Shown: positions 51,929 to 63,956 of the stretch, piece by piece
Layout of the letters: every line of letters begins with the position of its first letter
Numbering within the stretch: position 1 is the stretch's first letter
Source: Psilocybe cubensis
Lineage: Eukaryota
Length of the DNA: 64,000 nt
Reading direction: 5' to 3'
Assembly: GCA_017499595.2 (NCBI GenBank)
Contig: CM039007.1
Coordinates: 1,488,001-1,552,000, forward strand
Program-made: the position numbers and the translations under genes
Notes under the pieces: model-generated
What the model saw: the letters and a program-made list of their open reading frames with translations, nothing else
What the model was told of the DNA's origin: nothing
The model's database searches: none

Positions 51929-54211
51929 CTAATCTGAATTGTATTCCTTCATATCTTCTTCAAACGTTCTTCGGACCTACATTTTATAAATTGATCAGAA
52001 AAAGGTCAACGTCCAAACCTACACACGAAATGCATCAATAAAGGCCATCAGCACGCACCTCCTTAAAGAACTCCTCGTCAGTCAATACCCTCACACCTGC
52101 CGCCGCCAACGCCTTTGATACATCAAGTGTAGCGTAATGTGCCTCCATCGTCGCTGCTGACGCTGCGAAATCTCTAGTGTGGTTACCTCCGTTTATGACG
52201 GTTGGAATGGCTAGGATTTGTATATAGTAAGATCGTGATGGATTATTTTGAGCCTGTGGGTCACTTACCGAAGCCTGGGTGGAGGGACGGAAGGGCTAGG
52301 ATGATAAAAAGAGTGATCAACTTATAATTTCCAAGGAAAGATAGAAAAGACCTTAACATACCATACGTGATATTACCCTGCGATCAACGAATTCAACATC
52401 AATACGGATATACGCGGAATAGGACTCAAAATGACTGACGAAATCGGTTGAAGCGCTTTTGATGCCCCATTCGTAGTCAATGGCCCCATATTTATTTACG
52501 ACGACGTTGGCCACTTCAGAACCTACAAGCCGCATGTTATCAGATAACGTTACAATTGGTTTGGATGGGGCCGAAGAGAGGATTAACGACAGACCTAACG
52601 CGCGATTCTGTCGAATCTCCGTCAAAGTCATCGGAGACTCGATAGTCACTTCGCATCCGGTAGCCAAAGCCGCTGCTCTACAAATTCTTCATCAATGTCA
52701 TATCAACATGAACCAGAGATATGCTGCTGACTTGAAGCACGGCAAAACCTTGGCCACGGCTACTTTTAATTCCTTTAAAGTGGGTGCTCGGACAAGACAT
52801 CTAGATGCGAAAGATATCAACAATAGATAAACGAGCGTAAATTTTGAAGAAAGGAACAGACGTACTTGTATTTTGCATAGTCAGGAATAACTTTTCAACA
52901 AGGGTAATTAGTTTTAGTTTTGAAACCAAAACCAAACAGCAACGAAAAATAGAACGAACTATTGACTGCCCAGTCTTTGCCTTCAAATATACCATGTACG
53001 CGTACGGTAGGCTTCAGCTGCTGGCGCAGCGCCGAGACATTGGTGTATGCAAGGACGGCCGCGTCTAAAGCGTTCTTTCCTTCCCATGGCGAAAGGGCTG
53101 CATGAGCACTGTATGATCAAATAATGAGTGCGGTGTCCAGATATCAATTCCACAATTGAAAAATGAAAATGATAATACTGACGTATGACCACGATATTCT
53201 GCAGTAATTTGCTGAATCGCAAGGGAACCCGACAAGCTTACAGACCCAACAGGACCAGGTGCAGGGTGTGACCTGTCAAAATTTAACTTGGATAATGTCA
53301 GGAAAGGAAGATGATGCGCATACATTAAGCAAATATCCATCTCCTTGTATGCGCCTTTATCGAGGAGAATGACTTTGCCACCTCCGCCTTCTTCAGCTGT
53401 GACATAGCACGAGCGTTAAATTCGGAATTCGAAATGGGAAAAAAATCATGAAGTTGAGGCAGACCTGGTGTACCCAGAAGAATGATCTTGCCAGAAATAT
53501 CGTGTTTCTCCATAGCGGCTTTGATAGCACATGCGACAGCAACGCCTAGAACCCATCGCGACAAGAGATTGAAGTTTAGTATACTATAAACTATCTTCAT
53601 GGGCTACGCACCTGATATTCCTATCAAATTATGTCCACAAGCATGGCCAATACCAGGAAGCGCATCCATCTATATGACGTTCTAATCGCTCATCGACAAT
53701 GTAGAGCAGAACAGGCAGCGAAAACGCACCTCCGAGTTGATTCCAACGACTCTCCCTCCACTACCATGTTGGAAAACCGCTTGCCAGGCAGTTTTCAGAT
53801 GAAAGTTCCTCGTCATTTCAAAGCCGTGCTTCTCGAGGAATGAGGTGTACACGTCGTGCGCGTGGCTAGGTTCAAATTGTGTTCCTGCGTCAGATCCCCG
53901 AGTTCGTGAAACTTCATGAGTATGGCGAGCCTACATTTCTTCGAACCCCAGCTCAGGGTGTGCTGTTATTCAAACAAGGTTTTTAATGTCAGTTTAATGC
54001 CATCTTAGCTTTTCTCGGGAGACGCACCATGGACATCGAGGCTCAATTCCCGCAGCTCCTTGTCAAGTTCCGCGATCCTCTTTTCAATGGTCTGCAAGAT
54101 ATCAGGACGATATATCTCACTAGATCCCGGATGAGATGGAGCTGGCCGTTGATTATCGTCCGGGCGCCATACTACAGGAGGAGGAGAGGCTTGCGCGGCA
54201 CCGTGGCTCAT
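51929..54211 (-). CDS. Peptidase M20 / amidohydrolase (PM20D2-like)
   Basis: [66 protein letters not shown]. The start at 54211 is uncertain because a short upstream exon is possible. Confidence 0.9.
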
Positions 54212-54430
54212 GTTATTAGCAGTACTACGGCGAGCTTGAATCGAATCGAACTTTGCTTCGGCTGGTATATTAATGGGCAAAGGAGGGAGACGCAGTTCGA
54301 TAACCTCTGTTCCACGGGCGACAATTCATCACGAAGGTCATGCGTACAGGCTTGTCAGTGGACAACATGGCTAACAATATGGCGAGATTCCAACGCGATC
54401 CTGCCAATGCCTCGAATTCAGGGGCCGTGG

Positions 54431-54689
54431 TGTGACGGGGCGCGTTATTCACACGGGTCCCGGCACACTGTCGAAGCTCAAATGACTGGATAAAGTGGTC
54501 TATTCAAGCTCCTTCCTTCTACCTACTCTACCTACTGCTTATATACCTTACTGTAGTACATACGTCATAGATAGAATAATGAGAGAAATATCAAATACGA
54601 AACTTGTGGAAAGCGATAGAAAACTGTGTCGCTCCGGCACGTCCATGCCGGATATGCTCGGCATTCCCTATTAGGATGCCGCCGTCACA
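54431..54689 (-). repeat. 3' LTR
   Basis: 259 bp, TG...CA ends, 8 bp terminal inverted repeat, minus-strand TATATAA at ~54539-54545. Confidence 0.95.
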
Positions 54690-56841
54690 TACGCCCTCCA
54701 GGCATTCCAAAGGAATGACTTATGTCGCCGCTTTCATGGGTGAACTCGATAGGGCAAGATTTCTGACACTCGATACCTTGTTTAACCAAAGAATCTGCAT
54801 CAAAAAGGGATGTAGCAATTTTCTCCGGCTTGAGGTCAACATCTTCATCCTGAAGTTGGGCTGTCACGGTTTGTGCAAGTTGTGTCCACCCGCCCTCCAA
54901 ATCTTCGGATACGAGGATTTGATTAACGTGTAATTCGCTCAGTTCGACATTAGTTCCTTGTGAGGCCGTAGTATCAATAGCAGAGTGGTCACTGTAACTG
55001 TAAATATCTGTGTTCAACCCTGTGTCTGCAATGTCACACATAGCCACTTCAACTTCCATGAAATATGATCCCAAACCACTGGCAGTCTGGTCTGTTGCTC
55101 CGTGGTGCTCATTCTCGCTATTACTATCGAGCGCACGGTCACGGTTGCTTACACTCGGTGACTCGTTATATGTAGACGAGATGTTTCGGCGAACATTCCT
55201 GCAGTGACGTCCGATATGCCCAGTTTTCCCGCATCTGTAGCATTTAATTTGGGCATTTCGGATATATCCGCTAGCTTTCACATTTGAATCCTGAGGTAAA
55301 GCTAACACCTTGTCTTCCTTGTCTTGATCTGAGTCATCATCTGTTCCCCCCGATGAAAGTTGACCATGATCACTGTCACTCGGCTCGTCGTCATTATTTA
55401 CACCATAGTTGTTATCATGTGTCTTGTAGTCATATTTACCAGAAACATAGTATTGCTTATTGTATTTTATATATTGTCGTTGATTTCTTTCAATTTCATG
55501 CGCAACTTCATAGCGAGTAGCAATTCTAATGACTTCATCCCACGTGTTTTGCTCGTAGTCGAGGCCTTCCTTCCAAAGGGCGGATTGTAATTCAGGTTTC
55601 AATCCGTTCCACAAACGATCTACGCGTTGCGAAGGAGTAGACTTTCCCACAATGCGGAATAAAATCAATAATTCGGCAGCATACTCAGCCACAGTCATTG
55701 ATCCTTGAGAAAACTTCTCGAGTTTCTTTCTTTGTTTCAGTCTGTAATCGGGTGGGAAGCAATAATTATAAAGTTCAGTAAAGAATCGTCGCCTGTCCCA
55801 GGAGTCTACACTTATGGACACCATTGTAGAGTAGAATTTGTATGCTTTTCCGGCGAGGTAATCAGCACATTTCACTACTTGATCCTGGGGAGGTAATGCA
55901 GCCTCTTTACAAAATCTGTCACACTGAGTAATGTATTTGTAAAATTTCATAAAGTCTGCATCGCCATGATACTTATCCGGGGCTGTAGGCGGTAACGGTT
56001 TGAATCTCGCGGGATTTATTATGTGTCCCTCGGTGTCCAACGGTCCCAGTGCTCGGGCGCTTAACTCGGCATGCTCCTTGCCGCTATTACCTTTCGGGTT
56101 GGCCAGAAGCTGTCCGAGTAAACTTTCCGCGGGTAACTGGTTGCTAGGCTTAATAGCCTCTGTCCGTCTAGCCTGCGTTTGTTGACGCGCCGCTTGCGTG
56201 ATAAGATCTTCGACATCATGAGACATGGGAGTGGTGGATATACCACGTCTCTCAGTTTTCGGTTGAACTTCAATGGATTGATATCGTCTCGTGTATGCCT
56301 TCTTCATTTCAGTGAGTTTCCTTTCCATTTCCTGAATTTGTAAGTAATCATTATCAATTGTAATTTCCTGCGATTCTTCGCGACCGTGACTGTTATCGGA
56401 GTCCTCTGGTGCACGGGAAACCTCAAAAATGCTACCATTCATATTAATAGCATTCTCAATTCTACTTAACCTATCCATCAAGGATGTAATGAGTTCCTTA
56501 GTTTCAGTAACAACAGTCTGTGCATCATTCACAGAGCTTCTATAGACACTATTAATCTCAGTGTCTACCATATACCTATTCAAACTATTCAAGCTTAAGC
56601 TTCTACGAGCGCGCCTGGCTGCAGCGGCTGCGCTCCCGGTGTTGTTTGGATTATTCCCGCGGTGGTCATCCCGACCACGCGCGCCGCCTTCCTCCATTCC
56701 GGTAGGCAAGGCTTCCTGCTTGGGGTCGTCACCTCTCGAAGCAGGGGGATCCCAGTCAGACCCCGTGGTCGGCACGTCCCTGGCAGCCGCATGACTCCTC
56801 GGTGCTCGACCACTTCTCAATGTGGCTCCTCTGCTGGCCAT
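54685..56841 (-). CDS. gag: Retrotransposon Gag protein (~718 aa) with capsid-like domain and CCHC zinc knuckle
   Basis: PDKYHGDAD...YLAGKAYKFY...FSQGSMTVAEYAAEL...LWNGLKPELQSALW (retrotransposon gag domain); CYRCGKTGHIGRHC knuckle. The stop codon lies inside the 3' LTR. Confidence 0.9.
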   Translation of the reverse strand: MASRGATLRSGRAPRSHAAARDVPTTGSDWDPPASRGDDPKQEALPTGMEEGGARGRDDHRGNNPNNTGSAAAAARRARRSLSLNSLNRYMVDTEINSVYRSSVNDAQTVVTETKELITSLMDRLSRIENAINMNGSIFEVSRAPEDSDNSHGREESQEITIDNDYLQIQEMERKLTEMKKAYTRRYQSIEVQPKTERRGISTTPMSHDVEDLITQAARQQTQARRTEAIKPSNQLPAESLLGQLLANPKGNSGKEHAELSARALGPLDTEGHIINPARFKPLPPTAPDKYHGDADFMKFYKYITQCDRFCKEAALPPQDQVVKCADYLAGKAYKFYSTMVSISVDSWDRRRFFTELYNYCFPPDYRLKQRKKLEKFSQGSMTVAEYAAELLILFRIVGKSTPSQRVDRLWNGLKPELQSALWKEGLDYEQNTWDEVIRIATRYEVAHEIERNQRQYIKYNKQYYVSGKYDYKTHDNNYGVNNDDEPSDSDHGQLSSGGTDDDSDQDKEDKVLALPQDSNVKASGYIRNAQIKCYRCGKTGHIGRHCRNVRRNISSTYNESPSVSNRDRALDSNSENEHHGATDQTASGLGSYFMEVEVAMCDIADTGLNTDIYSYSDHSAIDTTASQGTNVELSELHVNQILVSEDLEGGWTQLAQTVTAQLQDEDVDLKPEKIATSLFDADSLVKQGIECQKSCPIEFTHESGDISHSFGMPGGRM

Positions 56842-57007
56842 GGTCTGAAACAATAACGAAGTTAACACAAAAATGAAGTCCGTCACGACGTACCTGGTAT
56901 CCTCGGGTGATCAAGCCGAAGGGGAACGCAAAGGTCGATGTCGGCGACGGCGGTGGAGAGTAAGAGAGTAAAGTAGTACGATGGGAATAGACGTAAAGTC
57001 AAAAATA

Positions 57008-57266
57008 TGTGACGGGGCGCGTTATTCACACGGGTCCCGGCACACTGTCGAAGCTCAAATGACTGGATAAAGTGGTCTATTCAAGCTCCTTCCTTCTACC
57101 TACTCTACCTACTGCTTATATACCTTACTGTAGTACATACGTCATAGATAGAATAATGAGAGAAATATCAAATACGAAACTTGTGGAAAGCGATAGAAAA
57201 CTGTGTCGCTCCGGCACGTCCATGCCGGATATGCTCGGCATTCCCTATTAGGATGCCGCCGTCACA
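57008..57266 (-). repeat. 5' LTR
   Basis: Same 259 bp sequence as 54431-54689. Confidence 0.95.
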
Positions 57267-57806
57267 CGTGGGAAGTCAACCTTTTTGCTCTTGGATGCCA
57301 TGATGCAGATGACTTGTGGGCAATATTGGGTTGAAGAACATGATAGTAGGTTTTAACGCAACATTTTCAGCAGGTGAAATGGCTGTGAACACTGAGGAAC
57401 ATTGTAAAGGAAAGAAAAGTCAGTAAGTTTGCTGGATTAACTGTGAGAACTGAGTTGGATCTAATCTTATCTCTCCGGCACACGTCGACGCGCAGACCAT
57501 ACTTGAATTGAATGTATTGGGCCTTACATCCACCATCACCACCAATATTTTCAGAAAAGTATACCCCCACCCAACGTTCAAAGATATCCGGAGAATTAAC
57601 TCTGGCATCACGTCTTCATTCTACACCCACGGACACACGAAGAGTCGGTTTCCTAGTCCTTTTTCGATGCATGTTCATACTTGCAGTGTACGTGCTAAAA
57701 AGCTATCTTGTTCCAATCCATGCCCAACCTAACTTTCCCTCAGATATCACAGTAAATGACCTCATAGAAACAGAACAATCTTCATCAACGCGACATCGTC
57801 AAAATT

Positions 57807-60034
57807 ATGTCTACCACAGCTGGAATGGAGACCGCAGTGTTAACTTTAGTAAGGTTCGGAATTAAGAACGTTCTCTACCATACAAACCCATAACCTTCAT
57901 CTACAATCCCAGGTTCTCATTCTTCTACGCCTGTAGAAAATACCTCCTCCGCTCTCTTTACTCCGACCTCAAAAGTCTCTCCGTGATAGCAACGCCCGGA
58001 ACACCCAACTCCTCCGGCCCTACTACTACTACCACTAATGTCCTCTTCAACGCCGGCACAGACGACGTCGAACTCGAAAGTCTTCCAAACCCAACGACAT
58101 ACACGCCCAAAACATCAAAATTCTCAATAGACGATACAACGTATCTGCACACTGCAGTGTCACGCACGATATTCTCGTGGTGTTTCGCTGAGAGCTGTAT
58201 GATGTTTTGTCTGCTTATGCTGCAAGGAGCAGGGATATTCACCGCCAGGTGAATTTTCTTTTTTCGCATGCTTCAACTTTTGCATTCTGATGTATCTTTG
58301 TTTGGTGACAGTGCACGATTATTGAATTGGAAGATATCCCTCTTCGTTCTCATGTCCGCCATCCTAGTCATCATCCCACTCTCCGTATCACTTCTTCTCT
58401 CAATAGGAGCTACAGGTACCCACTCGCCCTACATAACACACACACAAACCCCTCCCTAACTAACCCCTAACTCTGATTTTTTCTCCCAGATGGATGGACA
58501 ATCAAAAGCATCATAGGCCCACGCGCAATTCTCAGCTTTATACCCGTCGCACTCTACCTTTTCGCTCTTTCATATATCCCCCTCCCAGCGTCCCTAGAGC
58601 CCGCCGACACATTCACCGTTTCCCTCTCCCGACTCATTGTGTTAGGAACGATTGTCCTTGGCCTGCTATCGGGGTTTGGAGCTATAAGTAGTTCATGGCA
58701 GTTTTTACCATTTGTTTCGCGACCTCAGTGCGTTTCTATTTCTTCCAATATATACGTTACAACTCACTGTAGCGTTTCGGATTTAGGAGTATACCGACGG
58801 AACGAGATATAGAAAATGCGCAATATTCTCTGATGAGCATCAGAAATGATTTACGAGATAGGAGAACGGAGGCTGCGCGAAGAGCAGGTACATCCGTAAG
58901 TTTACCTCCACATAAATGCATATCCTTCAGCGCACTGACTATATATATTTACATCCAACAGCAAACCGACAGCTCCTGGCTCTCCCGCGTCGGCGCATCC
59001 TTCCGCGGTTCAGACAGTCGTAAGTCCAAATCCAATCATCATCCCCACCTCACCCAATCCAACCAAAAGCTGAAAAATGATAATTCAACCGTCCAGTCAC
59101 GCAAGAGATCCAGGGCCTCGAAGCACTCGAATACCAAATGACGCGCAACCTCGATGTCCTGCGCGAGCGCTACGCGTCCGCGAAATACGCAGGCACATTT
59201 CGCGGTCGGATATTCAACACAATGGGGCGGTTATTCATGGTATACTGTGTGATACGTGTCATTAGCGTTCGTCATCTCCTTTCCCTTCCCTTTCTTTCAA
59301 ATAAAAACGCAATTTTCTAATCCACCGCCTACCCACCTAAACAGTCAATCTACAACGTCATCTTCCTCCCATCCCTTCGCACCTCATCATCAACGACCTA
59401 CCCCGATCTAATGACCGACCTTTTGGACTACACCCTCTCACACCTCTCCTCCGTAAAAATCGACACTGAAGATCTCGCGTCGTTTTCGAGGCAAATTAGT
59501 CTTTTCCTCGTGGGTATTATTATTTTGAGTAGTATTCGGTTGGTGTTAAGGGGTGCTACGAGGGTCAGTTTTGTCAACTCTTTTTAAATTTTTATTTTAT
59601 TTTACTTGCGTTTGAAGACACATGCTGATTATCATTCTTTTTCCTACAAAAACATAGGCGTTGCGCGTTACGAGCAGAAACCTAGCAGCATCTCTCATGC
59701 TCCTCGTCCTCGCCCAAATCATGGTACGCACACGCAAACACCTCCACCTCCATCTCAACCTCCCACTAACACTCCCACTCCCACTCAACTCAATCAGGGA
59801 ATGTACCTCCTATCCACCCTCGTACAAATGCGTTCCTCCTTCCCACCCCCACCCCCACCGCCCTCGCACCCCTCCTCATCCACTGACGCCGCCCCCGAAA
59901 ACCTATTCAGCACGATCCCGCAGTACGAGCTGTTCGGTGCGCTCTTCGACTGGTCGTTCCTCGTTGCTGCGGGCGCGTCTGTGTTTGTGCGATGGGGTGC
60001 TGAGCGCGTGAATGGGCATGGTGAGGCTGATTGA
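57807..60034 (+). CDS. Golgi pH regulator / GPR89-like membrane protein
   Basis: RFSFFYACRKYLLRSLY, LSRLIVLGTIVLGLLSGFGAISS, KYAGTFRGRIFN, SRQISLFLVGIIILSSIR, LAQIMGMYLLSTLVQMR, FGALFDWSFL; multiple TM segments. Confidence 0.85.
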
Positions 60035-60389
60035 TTCTTTATTTTGGGTTGATTGGTTTTTTTTTGGGGGGGAGAGAATAGTTGTATTTGTATGATACAT
60101 TACTTTTACTTTAACTTTTACTTACCTTTGTCAGTGTACACTATTATTTCAATTTGTACAATATTCTAGTGATTAGAGACAACCCCAAAACTTTGTTGAA
60201 TAAGCATAAAAGCAGTTCAGGATGACTTTACTCGATAGTCGATAAAAACCGAAAGCCTAGCTTAAAACGTAAGTAAATTGCGGCGGTATAATGTGATTCC
60301 ACAACTTGCACAGAAAAAAAAGATGATTAGGGTGTACTTGAGACTAAGACATAAGAGCATTTAGTTTGTGCTATCCATATCCACGTGCA

Positions 60390-61110
60390 TAAAAGAGGAA
60401 AAAGGAAAAGAAACCGAGTCTCGAGATGGAGGAGAGAAAAAGAAAACAGAGAAAACGAGAAAACGAGAAAAAGAGGAGAGAGAAAAAGAGGAGAGAGGAA
60501 AAGTAAAAAGGGATACATGAAAAAGAAACGTTTACATAGAACATAGATGATTGATAAGAGTGAAAAAGAGGATTGATAAGAGAGAAAGAGACAGAGAGAC
60601 AGAGAGAGAGGAGAGAGAAACGGAAACGGAAACAGAGAGAGATAGAAGAGAGAGAAAAAGAAGAGAAAAAGAGACAACATGAATGGTATGGGAAAGGGGA
60701 TAGATGCGGTTTGGATAGCGTGTGATGAGTGACTAGTGCTAGTGATGTGTGATGATAGCAGATTGGTTGATGAAAGAAAAGAAAAAAGAGAAAGAGAAAC
60801 ATGTAATGGTGAGAACGAGAACGAGAACTAGTGAGAGTTGGATGTAAAGAGAAGAGGAAGAGAAAGAGGGGGAAAAAAGTCCATAAAGAGTCGAAAGATG
60901 GGTAAAGGGTAATGAAGAGATATCTAGTCACCCAAGTGGACAACGATTAAACGTAAACGTAAAGAGACGGCGTGAAGGATAACAACAGAACAGCAACAAG
61001 CATCAGTGTCTGTGATCGCGAGACAAGGGGTACAGAGAGAGAGAGAGAAAGAGAGAGCGAGCATAGCGAGCCGAGGAAAGTCGTAAAAGCCAACAACGAA
61101 AAGAAAAGAG
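60390..61110. repeat. GA-rich low-complexity/microsatellite tract (pyrimidine-rich on the velvet sense strand, likely 3' UTR)
   Basis: Long runs of GAGA, GAAAA, GAGACA and GAGAAC units. Confidence 0.8.
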
Positions 61111-61117
61111 GCCAGCA

Positions 61118-63956
61118 TCACCTCCCATCATCCGAAATAATACTCCCAATACTCAGCGGATTCTTCTTCCCACCAGCCGCACCATGCCTCTCACCATCCC
61201 GCTCTCCTCTATCTCTATCGCTTCTATCCCTATCACCCCTCCTCTGTCCTTGTCCCTGTCCTTGTCCCTGTCCCTGGCTCCCACTCTGCCCTTGACCCTG
61301 CTCATCCCTCTCCCGCTCCCTCTCCCGACTCGACGAAGTAGACACATACTCACTCCGACTACTACTCCTTAGCTGAATCACGGGGTATCCCGAATTACCA
61401 CCCGCACCTCCCTGACCCGCTGTACCTCCAGCGCTATTACCCCCCGCGCCTTGAGCAACAGACGCCGATGCCAACACAGGACTGCTATTATTATTGCTGT
61501 TTGCCCCTGCATGCCCGCCACTCCTCAATAAAGGCGCGAGCTGGATTCTATCGCCGGGACTCCCAATAGCACCCACCAGTCCACCTGCAGGCGACGCAGA
61601 CGGCGCAGACGGCGAATGCTGCTGCTGTACTTGCTGCTGCTGCTGCACCTGCACCTGCACCTGCTGCTGCTGTTGTTGTTGTGGCTGTTGCGGCTGAGGC
61701 TGCTGCATATGCGGATGCTGCATATGCTGAGGATGATGCTGCATCTGCTGCTGGGCCGCATACGCATCCCCCCACGGACTCGGACTCACCTGTCCCTGCT
61801 GCACCCCAAACATACCAACACCCACTCCAACCCCAGCCGCCGCCGGCGTACCCCACTCCGGCTGTTGCTGCTGTACCTGCTGCACCTGCTGCTGCTGTGG
61901 CTGATGCTGATGCTGATGCTGCCCAGGCACGGGCGGCGTCGGATTCGGCACCGGCGGCGGATACCCATACCCATACGGCGGGGGCGCATAAGGATTATGC
62001 CTCGGCGGCATCGGCGGCGGATGCGGTGGGTGCGGAGGGTGCATCGCATACCCCTGCGAAGGGTGCGGAGGTGGTGGAGGCGGAGGCGGCTGAGCGTATT
62101 GACCATGGTACGGCGCGCGCGGCTGCGGCGAGCCCGTAGGTGCGCGATACGACGCGGCGTAGTCGTACGCTCCCGGTACAGGTACAGGTGCGGGAGGAGG
62201 AGGTGGTGGAGGCACAGACGCCGCGTTCGGAGGCGCGAGCGGTGGTGGGATGGTGCTAGGCGACGAGTTTGCCGTGGCTGAACCTGGGACGGGCGGCGCA
62301 GGCGTAGCATACTGGGGTGGCGGGGGCGCCATGGCGTGCGGTGGTGGTGGAGGCGGCGGCGCTTGCTGGTGCTGAGGTGGAGGTGGAGGCGGGAGGGGCT
62401 GCCCCATCTGTTGATGGTGAGGATGCGCCTGTGGAGGCGGTGGTTGCTCATAATACCCATATTGATGCGGCGGCGGCTGTTGCGCGTACATTGCACCAGG
62501 GTAATCGTACCTTCCCGGAGGCGGCATCGGCGGCGGCATCGTCTGCTGGGGATAAGCAGCGTAGTACGGGTGCATGCCTTGCTGCTGCTGCTGCTGTTGC
62601 TGCTGTTGCTGATGATGGTGGTGGTAAGGGTCATAAACAGGCTGTTGTGGGTGCGGTGGTGCCCATTGCGGGTACGGCGCGTATCCCTGCGGGGGAGGCG
62701 GCGGGGCACCGTGCATAGCATGCGGCTGCATGACGTGCGGGGGCGGAGGCATCGGCTGCTGCTGCGGCTGCTGTTGCGGCTGCATCTGCTGAGGCGCATA
62801 CTGCTGAGGGTGCTGCTGATGCGGCGGGAGCTGCTGCTGCTGCTGCTGGGGTGGTGGCGGCGGTTGGCTTGGGTCGCGGTACATCGGCGGCGGGCCCTGA
62901 GGGATCGGCTGGGGTTGCGCAATAGGTTGCTGCGGTTGCGGTTGCTGCCCAGGCTGCTGCTGCTGCTGTGGTTGTTGCTGTTGCTGGGTATCGTAACCGG
63001 ACATAAACCCGCCGCCGCGCCCGTCGAACACACTGGGACCAGGCAACGGCGCAGGCGTCGAGCTCATACTCCCAGGCGGCGGGATCTCCTGCGCAGCTTT
63101 TGGTGGTGGAATACCTTGCGGAACAGGCGGCGGGATCGTCGGGCCCATACCCGGATTACTAGACGCAGCCGGCGGCCAGGGCTGCTGCTGCTGCTGCTGC
63201 TGCTGTTGCGGCACAGGCGCCAGACCAGGGGGCGGTCCAACGCCCGGGGTCGACGCGCCGAGATCGATGATATCGTCTACTCGGCTCCGCTTGGACTCGC
63301 GTCGTTTGGGCTGAGGACGCATGTCGTCGTCGTCGTCGTTGTCCGATGTGACGTCCATGGGCACGACCTGCGTCAGCTGTGGATTCGGCCGCTTCCGCAC
63401 ACGGATGTCTTTGCGTATACGGATCTTGATACCTTGGTCGGCCAGCGAACATGATAGTGGTGTTGACTCTAAAGTGAGAGAGTGAATGAATGTTTGGTAA
63501 GCTTTCCGGTGAAAAAGGGAGGGGCCATGATCATGGACATACCCTCCATTCCAGGGAATTTTTTTGCAGTGTACACGTAGAATGGTGCGGAGTAGATCGA
63601 TTTACAGTGCCGGACATTATTCCTGTAAATGAAAAAGAAAGAGTTAGAATAGAAGAACAGTGATAGTGATGTCTGTCATAGTCCGGCGTTGCACTCGCCC
63701 GCACGTGGAAAGGTGCAGCGAACGGTGGATCTGACCGACAGCTCGGTGCGTGATTGGTGCCTCGATCAAGGGATTGGCGCCAACGAAGCAGCATCAATCC
63801 CCGTGAAAAAGGGCCCCGCTTGGCGGAGACGCGGAGTGAGGCGGAGATACAGGGAAATTGAGTGTACTCACGCAACGACCTCGAATAGACTGAGTTTGAG
63901 GCGGTAGCTTCCTTCAGTCCTCACACTTAGATCAGGGAAAACGAAGAAGCCCGCAT
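61118..63956 (-). CDS. Velvet-domain regulator, 5'-truncated, with ~750 aa Gln/Pro-rich tail
   Basis: Exons 63872-63956 (AGFFVFPDLSVRTEGSYRLKLSLFEVV) and ~63544-63622 (NNVRHCKSIYSAPFYVYTAKKFPGM), then STPLSCSLADQGIKIRIRKDIRVRKR, form a velvet domain that runs into the 760 aa Q/P ORF. The gene continues beyond the window end. Confidence 0.92.

Larger units (their letters stand above)
54431..57266 (-). mobile_element. Non-autonomous Gag-only LTR retroelement (Ty3/gypsy-type gag), 2836 bp
   Basis: Two 259 bp LTRs (TGTGACGG...CCGTCACA), identical by eye; 5 bp TSD CGTGG at 54426-54430 and 57267-57271; purine tract GGAGGGCG next to the 3' LTR; a single gag ORF and no pol. Confidence 0.95.

Noticed and set aside
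55010-55045. IADTGL in the Gag tail as an aspartic protease DTG motif
   Set aside because: The flanking residues are acidic and lack the usual hydrophobic strand context and downstream ILG motif; insufficient support.
60327-60943. Hydrophobic F/L/S-rich ORFs resembling membrane proteins
   Set aside because: They are translations of CT-rich microsatellite sequence.
61494-63454. Long antisense and alternate-frame ORFs (372, 415, 221 aa) over the velvet tail, and similar ones at 6118-7918
   Set aside because: These are stop-poor shadows of GC-rich triplet repeats, with no domain signal.
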